From: an uncultured Pelagibacteraceae bacterium
GTDB taxonomy: Bacteria > Pseudomonadota > Alphaproteobacteria > Pelagibacterales > Pelagibacteraceae
Direction: 5' to 3'
NCBI GenBank assembly: GCA_902606665.1
Contig: CACLHE010000001.1
Coordinates: forward strand, 1-60,965
Length of the DNA: 60,965 nt
Shown: positions 10,148 to 19,724 of the stretch, piece by piece
Layout: each line of letters opens with the position of its first letter
Position numbering within the stretch: the stretch's first letter is position 1
Position numbers and translations under genes: made by a program
The notes under the pieces: model-generated
Database searches by the model: none
The model's input: the letters and a program-made list of their open reading frames with translations, nothing else
Told to the model about the DNA's origin: nothing

Positions 10148-12587
10148 AGGGTTTAACTATTAAAATAAGTTTTGGTAATAGAGTCAAAACTGAAATCATG
10201 GCTAAAAGCATAGCAATTCCAGTGAATATTCCAAAATAAATCGTCGGTATAAAATTTGATAGCACAAGTATTGAAAAACCAAAAACAATTGTTATGGAAG
10301 TATTTAATATAGCTACTCCAACGGTATTATGACATTTTTCAAGAGTTTTATTATAGTCCCTAATATTTTTAAATTCTTCTTTAAATCTATAAATGTAATG
10401 TATGCTGTTATCTACTGCGATACCTATGGTAATAGCAGCAATAGTTATCGTCATCATATCCAAAGGTATTCCTAATAAACCAATGATACCCAGTATTAAA
10501 AAGGCCGCCATAAAGTTTGGGACAACCCCAATTAAAGATAATGTAATATTTCTAAACAATATTAAAAACATAAATGTAATTCCTGCCATAACAACACCCA
10601 ATGTTAATATTTGTGATTTAAATAAACTTTGTAAAAGGTTATTAAAAAGAATAAGAACACCAGCTAATTTAAATTCTTCCTTATTTAATCCTAAATTATT
10701 TTCTAGATCATAGTTAATTTTATTGATTAGATCATTTCTTCTAAGGTCTTCTTTAGAATCTAAAATTCTTATGCTTATTCTAGCTTCGTCATTTTCTATA
10801 GATATATAAGGATCAATTATCTCCTTTTTTATTGAATCTGGAATTTTTGTGTAAAGAACTCCCATTTCTAAACCTTGTAGTTTTTTTCCATCGTTTAAAT
10901 CTTCAGCAACCCTAACCATTGAAGCAAAAGAAATAACTTTACCTACAGAATCTATACTATCCAAATAATCGTGAATTTGCGTAATTTTATCTATTTTGTT
11001 TCTTGTGAACCAATACTTTGTATCATCTTTATCTTCATCATCCCAACTATCAAAATCGTCATCAGTTTTTTCCACTTCTTCTTTGCTGGGAAATTTTATA
11101 ATTACATCAAGAGGAGTAGTTCCACCAAGCTTACTGTCAATTAACTTCATTCCTTTATAAATTTCTGTTTTTTTATCAAAATAATTTATAAAACTATTTT
11201 CTACTTCAAGTTTTGTAATTCCAAGTATGCTTAAAATAATTATAATTACTGCTGAGGTAAAAATTGTTTTAGTGTTCTTTTGTGCAACTTTACTTAGGAA
11301 AGAAGTTATTTTTGATTTTTTTTCATCCTGAAAATTTTTATTTTCTCTACTTAAAATATTTAAGACAGCAGGAAGTAGAGTGAAGGTTATTGATAAAGAA
11401 ACTAATAAGCCTACAGTCATCATCCATCCAAAATCTATGATAGGTTTAATTTCACTAAATATAAGTGATAGAAATGCGCATATGGTTGTTAGCACAGTAT
11501 AAAGTATTGGCCAAAACATTTTGCTTGATGTCCATAGCAAGGCCTCGTTATTTGGAACATTAGGATTTTCTTTTTTAAATTGTAGATAACGAACGCTCAT
11601 ATGGATATTCATAGCCATTGTTAAAATAAGCATTAGAGCTATAAAGTTTGAGGATATAACTGTAACTTTCCAACCTACTAATCCAAGGAATCCAACCATA
11701 ATCAAGACAGAAAAAAAACAACTTAAAAGAGGAATAAATACCCACAATAAACTTCTAAAAACGAACCACAAAGTACAAACTATAAAAACAAAAACACCAG
11801 CTCCAAATACTATTATGTCGTTTTTGACATAGGTCATCATGTCATCCGCAATCATTGGAATTCCTCCTAAGTGAATTTTTGCCGTGTCCTTATACTTTCC
11901 AATGATTGACCTAATTTCATTTATATTTTGATGATTTTTTTGATTATACGACTTTTTGTATTTGTCATATTCTAATAAAAATTTTTTATATTTGTTTTTA
12001 TCTTCAGAGGTAAATTGATTTTTGTCTTTTTTATCTAAAAAATCATTTTTTTTCTTTATTAGTTCAGATAATTTCTTGTCAGTGTTTATATAAACTAAAA
12101 TTCCGCTAGTTTTACCATCGTTACTTATCACAAATTCTTTATAAACTGGGCTATTAATAATTTCTTTAAAACCTCTTTCTTTGTCCACATCTTCGCTGGA
12201 TAGAGTTTTAAAATTTTTGATTCTTTCAGTTAATGGATCATCATTATTTTTTAATAGAGGAACATCCAATATGGTTATTACATTACTGGTCCATTTTAAA
12301 TTTTTTAACTCATTCTTAAGATTTGTAAGATTTTGAATTGTATCTGTATCTAATAACTCCTTTTTTGGCGTATAAGTAAGTACCAAAAAATCTTTTGATC
12401 CGTATTTTGTATTTACTTCTCTTAGATATTTTAAATCAGGGTCATTTTCCAATAGCAAAGTATCTGACGAAGCATCAAGCTGGAAGTTTTTGGAAAAATA
12501 TGCAAAAGTTAATAATATTACAGAAAGTACGATTAAAGTTAATTTTGGTTTTTCAATTATTGAATTTTTATATATTGTTCCGAACAT
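10134..12587 (-). CDS. RND-superfamily exporter (MMPL/HpnN-like, two 6-helix bundles)
   Basis: The 817-aa product has two hydrophobic blocks (about aa 255-415 and 645-810), each preceded by a large hydrophilic loop. This is MMPL/SSD-type topology. No adaptor or outer-membrane partner gene lies nearby. Confidence 0.72.
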   Translation of the reverse strand: MFGTIYKNSIIEKPKLTLIVLSVILLTFAYFSKNFQLDASSDTLLLENDPDLKYLREVNTKYGSKDFLVLTYTPKKELLDTDTIQNLTNLKNELKNLKWTSNVITILDVPLLKNNDDPLTERIKNFKTLSSEDVDKERGFKEIINSPVYKEFVISNDGKTSGILVYINTDKKLSELIKKKNDFLDKKDKNQFTSEDKNKYKKFLLEYDKYKKSYNQKNHQNINEIRSIIGKYKDTAKIHLGGIPMIADDMMTYVKNDIIVFGAGVFVFIVCTLWFVFRSLLWVFIPLLSCFFSVLIMVGFLGLVGWKVTVISSNFIALMLILTMAMNIHMSVRYLQFKKENPNVPNNEALLWTSSKMFWPILYTVLTTICAFLSLIFSEIKPIIDFGWMMTVGLLVSLSITFTLLPAVLNILSRENKNFQDEKKSKITSFLSKVAQKNTKTIFTSAVIIIILSILGITKLEVENSFINYFDKKTEIYKGMKLIDSKLGGTTPLDVIIKFPSKEEVEKTDDDFDSWDDEDKDDTKYWFTRNKIDKITQIHDYLDSIDSVGKVISFASMVRVAEDLNDGKKLQGLEMGVLYTKIPDSIKKEIIDPYISIENDEARISIRILDSKEDLRRNDLINKINYDLENNLGLNKEEFKLAGVLILFNNLLQSLFKSQILTLGVVMAGITFMFLILFRNITLSLIGVVPNFMAAFLILGIIGLLGIPLDMMTITIAAITIGIAVDNSIHYIYRFKEEFKNIRDYNKTLEKCHNTVGVAILNTSITIVFGFSILVLSNFIPTIYFGIFTGIAMLLAMISVLTLLPKLILIVKPFGNV

Positions 12588-12601
12588 TGAAATGATTAAA
12601 G

Positions 12602-14032
12602 CTATTTATTTTCTAAGTCTTTGAACTTAGTATACATTGATTCAAATTCAACTTTAACATTTCCAGTTGGCCCGTGTCTTTGTTTGCTAATCATTATTTC
12701 AGCTAAGCTAGCTACTTCATCCATTTTTTGTCTCCATTCCGCGTGTTCAATAGATCCTGCGGTAGGTTCTTTTCTTTCTAGGTAATACGATTCTCTGAAA
12801 ACAAACATAACTACATCTGCATCCTGTTCTATAGAACCTGATTCACGCAAATCTGATAACTGTGGTTTTTTATCATCTCTTTGTTCAACAGCTCGAGATA
12901 ACTGTGATAATGCAAGCACAGGAACATCCAATTCTTTAGCTAACGCTTTTAAACCTTGAGTTATTTCAGAAATTTCTTGAACTCTATTATATTCTTTTTT
13001 CCCAGTTGATTTCATTAACTGAATATAATCAACTATAACCAACTCAAGGCCAAAAAGCCTTTTAATTCTTCTTGATCTATTACTAATCGCGGCAATAGTA
13101 ATAGCTGGGGTTTCATCTATATACAAAGGTAGTTCAAATATGTTCTTTGATGTTTCAATAAATTTTTCAAACTCTTTCTCAGAAACCTTTCCTCTTCTTA
13201 TGTCATTAGATCTTATTCTAGATTGCTCAGATAATATTCTTGTTGAAAGTTGTTCTGAGGACATTTCCAAAGAAAAAAAAGCCACAGTTGATTTTAAACC
13301 TTTACTCTCTATGTTTTTCGCAGCATGGAAAGCTATATTTGTTGCTAAAGCAGTTTTACCCATTGATGGTCTTCCTGCAATAACAATTAAATCTTGTTTG
13401 TGCATACCTCCAAGCCTAGAATCTAAATCAGTTAATCCGGTAGGAACACCTACTATACCTTCTTCATTTTGATATGCACTTTTAGCCATCTCAATGGTTT
13501 GCTTGAGTGCATTTTCAAATTTTATGAAAGATTTATTAAAATGTCCTCTCTCAGCTAAATCAAAAAGAGATTTTTCAGCATTTTGAATCATTTCTTCACC
13601 AGATTTACTAACTTCAGAATTATTTGAAGCATTATCCAAAATAGAATCTGATATTTTGATAAGTTCTCTTCTTACATGCATCTCTTGAACAATGTTCGCA
13701 TACTCTATGGCTTGTTTTATTGATGTAGAAAATTTGGTAATTTTTATTAAATATTCTTGCCCTCCCAGTTCTTTTAAACCCTCATTATTTTCAAAATGAT
13801 TTTTTAAAGTAATTGGGTTAGCTAAGAGACCTTTAGATATTAGATTTTCGATAGTTTGATAAATTTTTATATGAATAGGATCATAAAACTTTTGAGCATC
13901 TATAATTGGAGAAATTTCGTCATAAATATCATTAGATACTAAAATGGAACCTATAACTGCCTGTTCTGCCTCAATATTGCAAGGCATTTGTTTTTGGGAG
14001 TTTTCAACTATTTTAAAAGGTTGTTTAGCCAT
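12602..14032 (-). CDS. dnaB: replicative DNA helicase DnaB
   Basis: AEQAVIGSIL, Walker A GRPSMGKT, LEMS, VIVDYIQL and QLSR motifs are present. I place the start at MAKQPF (14032) rather than at the 20-codon hydrophobic extension beginning at 14092. Confidence 0.94.
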   Translation of the reverse strand: MAKQPFKIVENSQKQMPCNIEAEQAVIGSILVSNDIYDEISPIIDAQKFYDPIHIKIYQTIENLISKGLLANPITLKNHFENNEGLKELGGQEYLIKITKFSTSIKQAIEYANIVQEMHVRRELIKISDSILDNASNNSEVSKSGEEMIQNAEKSLFDLAERGHFNKSFIKFENALKQTIEMAKSAYQNEEGIVGVPTGLTDLDSRLGGMHKQDLIVIAGRPSMGKTALATNIAFHAAKNIESKGLKSTVAFFSLEMSSEQLSTRILSEQSRIRSNDIRRGKVSEKEFEKFIETSKNIFELPLYIDETPAITIAAISNRSRRIKRLFGLELVIVDYIQLMKSTGKKEYNRVQEISEITQGLKALAKELDVPVLALSQLSRAVEQRDDKKPQLSDLRESGSIEQDADVVMFVFRESYYLERKEPTAGSIEHAEWRQKMDEVASLAEIMISKQRHGPTGNVKVEFESMYTKFKDLENK

Positions 14033-14127
14033 GTTTATATTTTTATTATTAAATACTAAAAAAATAATAAAAAAAACACGAAAGTTATACACGAAGTAAC
14101 TTTTCTGTGGAAAAACTTAATGGGAAA

Positions 14128-14586
14128 TTAATTTTCTTCTTTTTCTTTTACAACTTGAATGTGAATATTTGCTTGAATTTCAGCGTGTAGATTAATTTTT
14201 GCCTCGTAGGAACCAATTTTATTAATTTCTTTAGTTAAATCAATCTGTGATGGTTTTATTTCTATAGTATCAACATCTTTAATATTTTTTGAAAGTTCTT
14301 TTGGTTTTATTGATCCATATAGTTCATCGTTATCTTTAGCTCTCTTAAAGAATTTATATTTCTTATTATTAATAATCTCAAATATTTTTTTTGCTTCCTT
14401 TTTAATCGCGAGATTTTTTACATTAAGATTTTCTTTTTTTTTATTAACTAAATTAATATTATCTTTAGAAGCTATAAGAGCTTTTCCATATTTAATTAGA
14501 AAATTTCGACCATGTCCTCTTTTTACGGCTACTACATCACCTATCTTTCCTAGGTTCTTAATATTTTCTAATAAAATAACTTGCAT
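14128..14586 (-). CDS. rplI: 50S ribosomal protein L9
   Basis: MQVILLENIKNLGKIGDVVAVKRGHGRNFL is a typical L9 N-terminus. It is the last gene of the rpsF-rpsR-rplI cluster. Confidence 0.95.
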   Translation of the reverse strand: MQVILLENIKNLGKIGDVVAVKRGHGRNFLIKYGKALIASKDNINLVNKKKENLNVKNLAIKKEAKKIFEIINNKKYKFFKRAKDNDELYGSIKPKELSKNIKDVDTIEIKPSQIDLTKEINKIGSYEAKINLHAEIQANIHIQVVKEKEEN

Positions 14587-14593
14587 ATTGATT

Positions 14594-14863
14594 TCAAATT
14601 AATGCTAATAATCTTGCTCTTTTAATTGATCTCGAAAGTTCTTTTTGCTTTTTTAGTGATACCGATGTAATTCTTGAAGGTAAAATTCTACCACTTTCAG
14701 ACATATATTTTTTTAATAATTTTATATTTTTGTAATCTATTATCGGAGCACCTTTTCCTGATAGCGGGCATGGTTTAAAAAACTTCACATCTGGTTTTTG
14801 AAATAAACTCATTTTAGAATTTTTAGAATTTTTAGACTTTTTAAATTTTCTATTTTTTTTCAT
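14594..14863 (-). CDS. rpsR: 30S ribosomal protein S18
   Basis: [47 protein letters not shown] is the conserved S18 core. The start is ambiguous: 14863 gives a Lys-rich extension, while 14812 begins at MSLFQKP. Confidence 0.92.
   Translation of the reverse strand: MKKNRKFKKSKNSKNSKMSLFQKPDVKFFKPCPLSGKGAPIIDYKNIKLLKKYMSESGRILPSRITSVSLKKQKELSRSIKRARLLALI
14812..14838 (-). repeat. three tandem copies of a 9-nt unit (TTTTAGAAT on the + strand; third copy ends ACT)
   Basis: Read directly from the sequence. The repeat encodes SKNSKNSK if the long rpsR start is used; otherwise it lies in the rpsF-rpsR spacer. Confidence 0.8.
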
Positions 14864-14878
14864 ATTGATTAATTTTTG

Positions 14879-15202
14879 CTAATCCTTTTTTTCAAAATAG
14901 TTTGTACTCAAATCATGCTTTTTTATTCTAACTGTTAAATACCTTATTAGTGATTCATCTATATTTTGCGCTTTTTCTAGTTCATCTACAGTTTTACCTT
15001 CACCCTCTAACTTAATATGAAAATAAAAACCTTTTTTATTATTATTTATTCGATGAGATAGATTTCTTAATCCCCATTCTTCAATTTTTATAATTTTTCC
15101 TGAATTATTTTTGATTATTTCTTCGTATTTAGTTATAACTTTTTTTGTCTGACTTTCAGACAGATCTTGTCTAGTTATAAATGTATGTTCGTAGCAATTC
15201 AT
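14879..15202 (-). CDS. rpsF: 30S ribosomal protein S6
   Basis: YEHTFITRQDLSESQ and EEWGLRNLSHRI are typical S6 blocks. It is the first gene of the S6-S18-L9 operon. Confidence 0.95.
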   Translation of the reverse strand: MNCYEHTFITRQDLSESQTKKVITKYEEIIKNNSGKIIKIEEWGLRNLSHRINNNKKGFYFHIKLEGEGKTVDELEKAQNIDESLIRYLTVRIKKHDLSTNYFEKKD

Positions 15203-15295
15203 TCACTTTTTCCTCGGTTAATTCGATATTTCATCGAATAATCCACCTTTTTAGGGCAGAGGCTGTGGTTTTATACTATTAAAATTTTCATTATA
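15203..15295 (-). promoter_or_regulatory. putative rpsF promoter and structured 5' UTR
   Basis: On the - strand there is a TATAAT (15290-15295), then about 85 nt of leader. The leader contains a 7-bp hairpin ATTCGAT-GAAAT-ATCGAAT (15221-15239) and a GAGGA Shine-Dalgarno 8 nt before the ATG. Confidence 0.3.
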
Positions 15296-15336
15296 CAACT
15301 ATTAAAATATAATTATATTATATTTCTTATACTCTT

Positions 15337-16254
15337 ATGGATGCTGTTTTATTTCCCGGTCAAGGTTCTCAATACGTTGGTATGGGATCAGATTTTTATA
15401 ACAAATTTGATTTAGTTAAAAAAATTTTCAAAGATGTTGATGAAACTTTAGGTTTCTCACTTTCAAATATTATTTTAAATGGACCTGAAGAAGAATTAAA
15501 ACTGACACAAAACACGCAGCCAGCAATTATGGCTGTGGGAGTAAGCATTTTTCAGGTTCTAAATCAAGAATATGATTATAAATTAAACAAAGCAAAATTT
15601 TTTGCTGGACATTCTCTAGGAGAATACACAGCACTAGTTTGCGGAGGATCTATAACAATAGAAACAGCTACTTATTTACTTCATGAAAGAGGAAAATCTA
15701 TGCAGGAAGCTGTACCTGCCGGCGAAGGATCAATGCTAGCAGTTCTTGGAATGAAAATAAAAGATGTTGAAGATGAAATTAATTTACTACCCAAAAATGA
15801 AATTTGCGAAATCGCAAATGATAACACTGATGGACAGATTGTTGTTAGTGGAAAAAAAATAGCTATAGATATTCTTCAAAAAAACTTAAAAGAAAAAAGA
15901 AAAAAGGGAATACTTTTGCCAGTCAGCGCTCCATTTCATTGTTCTTTGATGAAAAAAGCGGCTGCCAATATGAAAGAAAAAATTGAAAATTCAAATTTTA
16001 AAAAACCACAACCCAGTATAATTAGCAATGTTACTGCTCAAGAAGAATCCGATATTAACAAAATTAAGCCACTATTAATTGATCAAATAACATCAAGAGT
16101 TAGATGGAAAGATAGTGTAAATTATATGGTAAAAAAAGGTGCTAAAAATTTTTTAGAAATTGGACCCGGTAAAGTCCTTTCTGGTTTAGTAAAAAAAATA
16201 CACAAGGAAGCTAACATATCAAATATTAGCTCAATGGAAGATATAAAAAAATGA
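15337..16254 (+). CDS. fabD: malonyl-CoA:ACP transacylase
   Basis: FPGQGSQYVGMG, the active-site GHSLGEY, and PVSAPFHC are present. Confidence 0.96.
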   Translation: MDAVLFPGQGSQYVGMGSDFYNKFDLVKKIFKDVDETLGFSLSNIILNGPEEELKLTQNTQPAIMAVGVSIFQVLNQEYDYKLNKAKFFAGHSLGEYTALVCGGSITIETATYLLHERGKSMQEAVPAGEGSMLAVLGMKIKDVEDEINLLPKNEICEIANDNTDGQIVVSGKKIAIDILQKNLKEKRKKGILLPVSAPFHCSLMKKAAANMKEKIENSNFKKPQPSIISNVTAQEESDINKIKPLLIDQITSRVRWKDSVNYMVKKGAKNFLEIGPGKVLSGLVKKIHKEANISNISSMEDIKK

Positions 16255-16985
16255 TTAATTTTAAAAATAAAAATATTTTAATTACAGGCGCTACCGGAGG
16301 AATTGGCAACTCTTTGGTTAAAAAATTTATTTCTCTTGGTGGCAATGTTTATGGAAGTGGCACAAATACAGAGAAACTAGATTTAATAAAAAGAAATTTT
16401 CCAAATATAAAAGTAAAAAAATTTGATATATCCGAGCATCAAAAAATTGAAGAATTTATAGAAAATGTAGCCCTTGAAATGGGAGGATTAGATATTTTGA
16501 TCAATAACGCAGGTAAAAATGTAGATAATCTATCTTTAAGGATGAAAGATGATGAATGGAAAAAAGTTATCGATATAAATTTGACATCTACTTTTTTACT
16601 TTCAAAACACTCAATAAAAAAAATGTTAAAAGGTAAATTTGGAAGAATTATAAATATAACTTCAGTTGTTGGTCACACAGGAAATGTTGGTCAATCAAAT
16701 TATGCTGCTTCCAAAGCAGGTATAATTGGAATGTCAAAGAGTCTTGCTATTGAATATGCTAAAAAAAATATAACAGTAAATTGTATATCACCAGGGTTCA
16801 TAGATTCTGATATGACTAAAAACATTGCTGAAAAGATTAAATTGTATTTAACATCCAGAATTCCAATGGGAAAACTTGGCACAGGTGAAGATGTATCTAA
16901 TTGCGCTGCATTTTTATCTTCTGAACAGTCTTCTTATATTACTGGCGAAACTATCCATGTAAATGGTGGAATGTATATGTCTTGA
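16251..16985 (+). CDS. fabG: 3-oxoacyl-ACP reductase
   Basis: It has the SDR motifs GATGGIG, NNAG and YAASKAG, and overlaps fabD by 4 nt. Confidence 0.95.
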   Translation: MINFKNKNILITGATGGIGNSLVKKFISLGGNVYGSGTNTEKLDLIKRNFPNIKVKKFDISEHQKIEEFIENVALEMGGLDILINNAGKNVDNLSLRMKDDEWKKVIDINLTSTFLLSKHSIKKMLKGKFGRIINITSVVGHTGNVGQSNYAASKAGIIGMSKSLAIEYAKKNITVNCISPGFIDSDMTKNIAEKIKLYLTSRIPMGKLGTGEDVSNCAAFLSSEQSSYITGETIHVNGGMYMS

Positions 16986-17039
16986 CAAAGTTTATTAATA
17001 ATTTATTAAGAACTAATAATTAAAATTAAGGATTTATAA

Positions 17040-17279
17040 ATGTCAAAAGATATTTCAAATAAAGTTAAAAAGATGGTTGCTGATCACTTAGGAATAGAAG
17101 AAACAAAAGTTACTGATGAAGCGAATTTCATAGATGATTTAGGTGCTGATAGTTTGGATACAGTGGAATTAGTAATGGCTTTCGAAGAGGAGTTTGGTTC
17201 TGAAATTTCAGATAGCGAAGCTGAAAAAATTCTGACTGTTGGTGATGCGATAAAATTTATTGAGAGTAAATCGGCTTAA
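17040..17279 (+). CDS. acpP: acyl carrier protein
   Basis: The 79-aa product carries the [20 protein letters not shown] phosphopantetheine attachment motif. Confidence 0.97.
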   Translation: MSKDISNKVKKMVADHLGIEETKVTDEANFIDDLGADSLDTVELVMAFEEEFGSEISDSEAEKILTVGDAIKFIESKSA

Positions 17280-17318
17280 ACATCCAAATAAACAAACATC
17301 GGTTCAAAAGGCAGGAAC

Positions 17319-17951
17319 ATGCGAATAGAGAAGAGCGGTAAGATGTTTGTTTTATCTTCACCTTCAGGAGCAGGAAAAACTACACTTACAAAAAAACTAG
17401 CCCAAGAAAATAAAAATTTTACTATATCAATTTCACATACTACTAGAAAACCAAGACCAAACGAAATTAATGGGAAAGATTATTATTTTGTAAACCAGGA
17501 AGAATTTGATGGTTTAGTTAAAAAAAATGAATTTTTTGAATATGCAAATATTTTTAACAATTGTTATGGAACCTTAAAAAAACCAGTAATACAATTATTA
17601 GAAAAAGGAAAAGATGTACTGTTCGATATAGATTGGCAAGGAACTAAACAGTTGAAAGAAATAAAAAACTTGTCAATATTTACGTTTTTCATTTTACCAC
17701 CAGATCTTAAAATTTTAAAAGAAAGATTATTGAATCGACATGCCGGAAATGAAAATATGGTTAAGGAAAGAATGAATAAATTTCACGAAGAAGTATCCCA
17801 TTGGAATGAGTATGATTTTATTTTAGTAAATGATGATTTAGAAGTATGTTATAATGATATTTTAGAAATAATTAAAAATATTAAAATAGGAAAAAAACCT
17901 AGACAAGACTTAAATATTGTTAAAAAAAAAGTAAGTGAATTATCCAAATAA
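17319..17951 (+). CDS. gmk: guanylate kinase
   Basis: The P-loop SSPSGAGKTTL, SHTTRKPRPNEINGKDYYF and DIDWQG are present. An AGGCAGGA Shine-Dalgarno precedes the ATG at 17319. Confidence 0.93.
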   Translation: MRIEKSGKMFVLSSPSGAGKTTLTKKLAQENKNFTISISHTTRKPRPNEINGKDYYFVNQEEFDGLVKKNEFFEYANIFNNCYGTLKKPVIQLLEKGKDVLFDIDWQGTKQLKEIKNLSIFTFFILPPDLKILKERLLNRHAGNENMVKERMNKFHEEVSHWNEYDFILVNDDLEVCYNDILEIIKNIKIGKKPRQDLNIVKKKVSELSK

Positions 17952-18746
17952 CTCTTCATATTTCATTGTTATTTTATAATACATCTCCTTGCTTAAATCT
18001 TCAGGTCTTTGATTAAGTTTTAAACTCAAGTCCTCTGCTATAGATTTATTCCCATTAAATAATTTTAAAAAATTTTTATTAATCATTTTTCTTCTATTTG
18101 AAAAAAGTACCCTAGTTACCATTTCAAGATTTTTAGGATTTCTTATATTAAATTTATTTTTTTTTTTAGGTTTAAATGATAGAACAGTCGAGTTCACTTT
18201 TGGTTTAGGAAAAAAACAATTTCTTGAAACATCAAAGTGCTTTTTAATATCCAGTCTCCAGTTAGATAAAATTGACAATCTGCCAAAATTACTGGAACTT
18301 TCTTTTGAGATAATTCTATCTGCAACTTCTTTTTGAAACATCAAAACTAACAACTCATACCAAGGTGGCCACTTTTCAAATTGAATAAATGACGCAAGAA
18401 TTTGAGTAGAAATGTTATATGGCAGATTCCCAAACACGATGATATTTTTTCCAAAATTTTTTATCTTAATTATGTTTAAAATATCTTCATTAATTATCTC
18501 AATTTTATTATTTTTTTGTAATTTTATTTTAAGAAAATCTGTTAATTTTTTATCCTTTTCAATTGCGTATATTTTTTTTGGATTCAAATCAATAATTTTA
18601 CTAGTTAGGTTTCCATTTCCTGAGCCTATTTCTAAAATTGTACTATTTTTTTCTACATTTCCAATTTTTATAATTTTATTAATTATATTTTTATCTATTA
18701 AAAAGTTTTGACCTAAACTTTTTTTTTGATATATAAAAGAATTCAT
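17940..18746 (-). CDS. rsmA: 16S rRNA (adenine1518/1519-N6)-dimethyltransferase
   Basis: LGQNFL, ILEIGSGNGNLT and GNLPYNIST are present. It lies downstream of pdxA, as in the classic surA-pdxA-rsmA operon. Confidence 0.94.
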   Translation of the reverse strand: MNSFIYQKKSLGQNFLIDKNIINKIIKIGNVEKNSTILEIGSGNGNLTSKIIDLNPKKIYAIEKDKKLTDFLKIKLQKNNKIEIINEDILNIIKIKNFGKNIIVFGNLPYNISTQILASFIQFEKWPPWYELLVLMFQKEVADRIISKESSSNFGRLSILSNWRLDIKKHFDVSRNCFFPKPKVNSTVLSFKPKKKNKFNIRNPKNLEMVTRVLFSNRRKMINKNFLKLFNGNKSIAEDLSLKLNQRPEDLSKEMYYKITMKYEELFG

Positions 18747-18749
18747 TAA

Positions 18750-19724
18750 TTATTTTATAAAATTAAAAAATTTAATTGATTCTATTAAACTTTTAGGATT
18801 TGCAATTTTTCTACCTACGATATTTTCCCCCACGCCGTGGTCGGGTGAAATTCTAATAAAAGGCAAACCTAAAGTTATGTTTATTGCGTCAAAGTTATAA
18901 AGAGCTTTAAATGGTGTGAGTACCTGATCGTGGTACATGCCAATTATAACATCAAATTTATACTTTTTAATCATCATAAAGCTTGTGTCGGTAGGTATAG
19001 GACCGGATACCTTAATTTTTAGTTTTGACAATTTTTGTATTGCCTTTTTTATAATATTTTTTTCTATGGACATTTTAGTTGTAGGAAAATTATGTGGATT
19101 CAAACCAAGTATTGCAAAATTCGGTTTTTTATTAAAAGTTTTTTTATAAAAATTATTTATAATTTTCACCTTGTTAATAATTTTAGATTTTCTTATATTT
19201 TTGCTTACCTGGTTCAAAGGTATGTGAGTTGTAATTGGAGATACAGATAGTTTTTTATTAAAAATTAACATTACTTCACTACCACTTTTACCAGTTTTTT
19301 TTGAAAGAAATTCAGTAACGCCCTGGTAATTTTTTTTAAATAAAAATTCTTTAGAAACTGGGCAATTTATAAAACCTTGTATCTTTTTTTTATTAAATAA
19401 TTTAATGGCATGCTCAAAACATTTTAAGATATACCTACTAGATTTGCTTGATATTTTTTCAAATGACTTTTTTTGTTTGTATTCAATATCATAAACAAAC
19501 AGTTTTTTTTTATTTGCTTTGCTTATTTCGGATTCATTACTAATTTTTTTAAGATTAACTTGATAATTTAATTTTTTTCTTTGCACATTTAAATGCTGAT
19601 AATTACCAATTATAAAAAATGGCTTGCACTTATACTTTTTTCTAAGCATCCAACTTTTAAAAATAATTTCAGATGCAATACTATTTGGTTCACCCGCAAT
19701 TATTGCTATTGGCCTATTCATCAA
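18750..19724 (-). CDS. pdxA: 4-hydroxythreonine-4-phosphate dehydrogenase
   Basis: IAIIAGEPNSI, GLNPH, MYHDQ and SPDHGV blocks are present. Confidence 0.92.
   Translation of the reverse strand: MMNRPIAIIAGEPNSIASEIIFKSWMLRKKYKCKPFFIIGNYQHLNVQRKKLNYQVNLKKISNESEISKANKKKLFVYDIEYKQKKSFEKISSKSSRYILKCFEHAIKLFNKKKIQGFINCPVSKEFLFKKNYQGVTEFLSKKTGKSGSEVMLIFNKKLSVSPITTHIPLNQVSKNIRKSKIINKVKIINNFYKKTFNKKPNFAILGLNPHNFPTTKMSIEKNIIKKAIQKLSKLKIKVSGPIPTDTSFMMIKKYKFDVIIGMYHDQVLTPFKALYNFDAINITLGLPFIRISPDHGVGENIVGRKIANPKSLIESIKFFNFIK

Noticed and set aside
14033-14092. A 20-codon N-terminal extension of dnaB (MYNFRVFFIIFLVFNNKNIN).
   Set aside because: The extension is hydrophobic and AT-run-encoded, and is unlike any DnaB N-terminus. 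MAKQPFKIVEN... at 14032 aligns with the expected start.
15296-15336. An AT-rich quasi-palindromic stretch AATATAATTATATTATAT, considered as a dif/XerCD site or replication-related element.
   Set aside because: It does not match the XerC/XerD arm consensus (..CATAA-N6-TTATG...). It is more simply explained as overlapping -10-like boxes of the divergent fabD and rpsF promoters.
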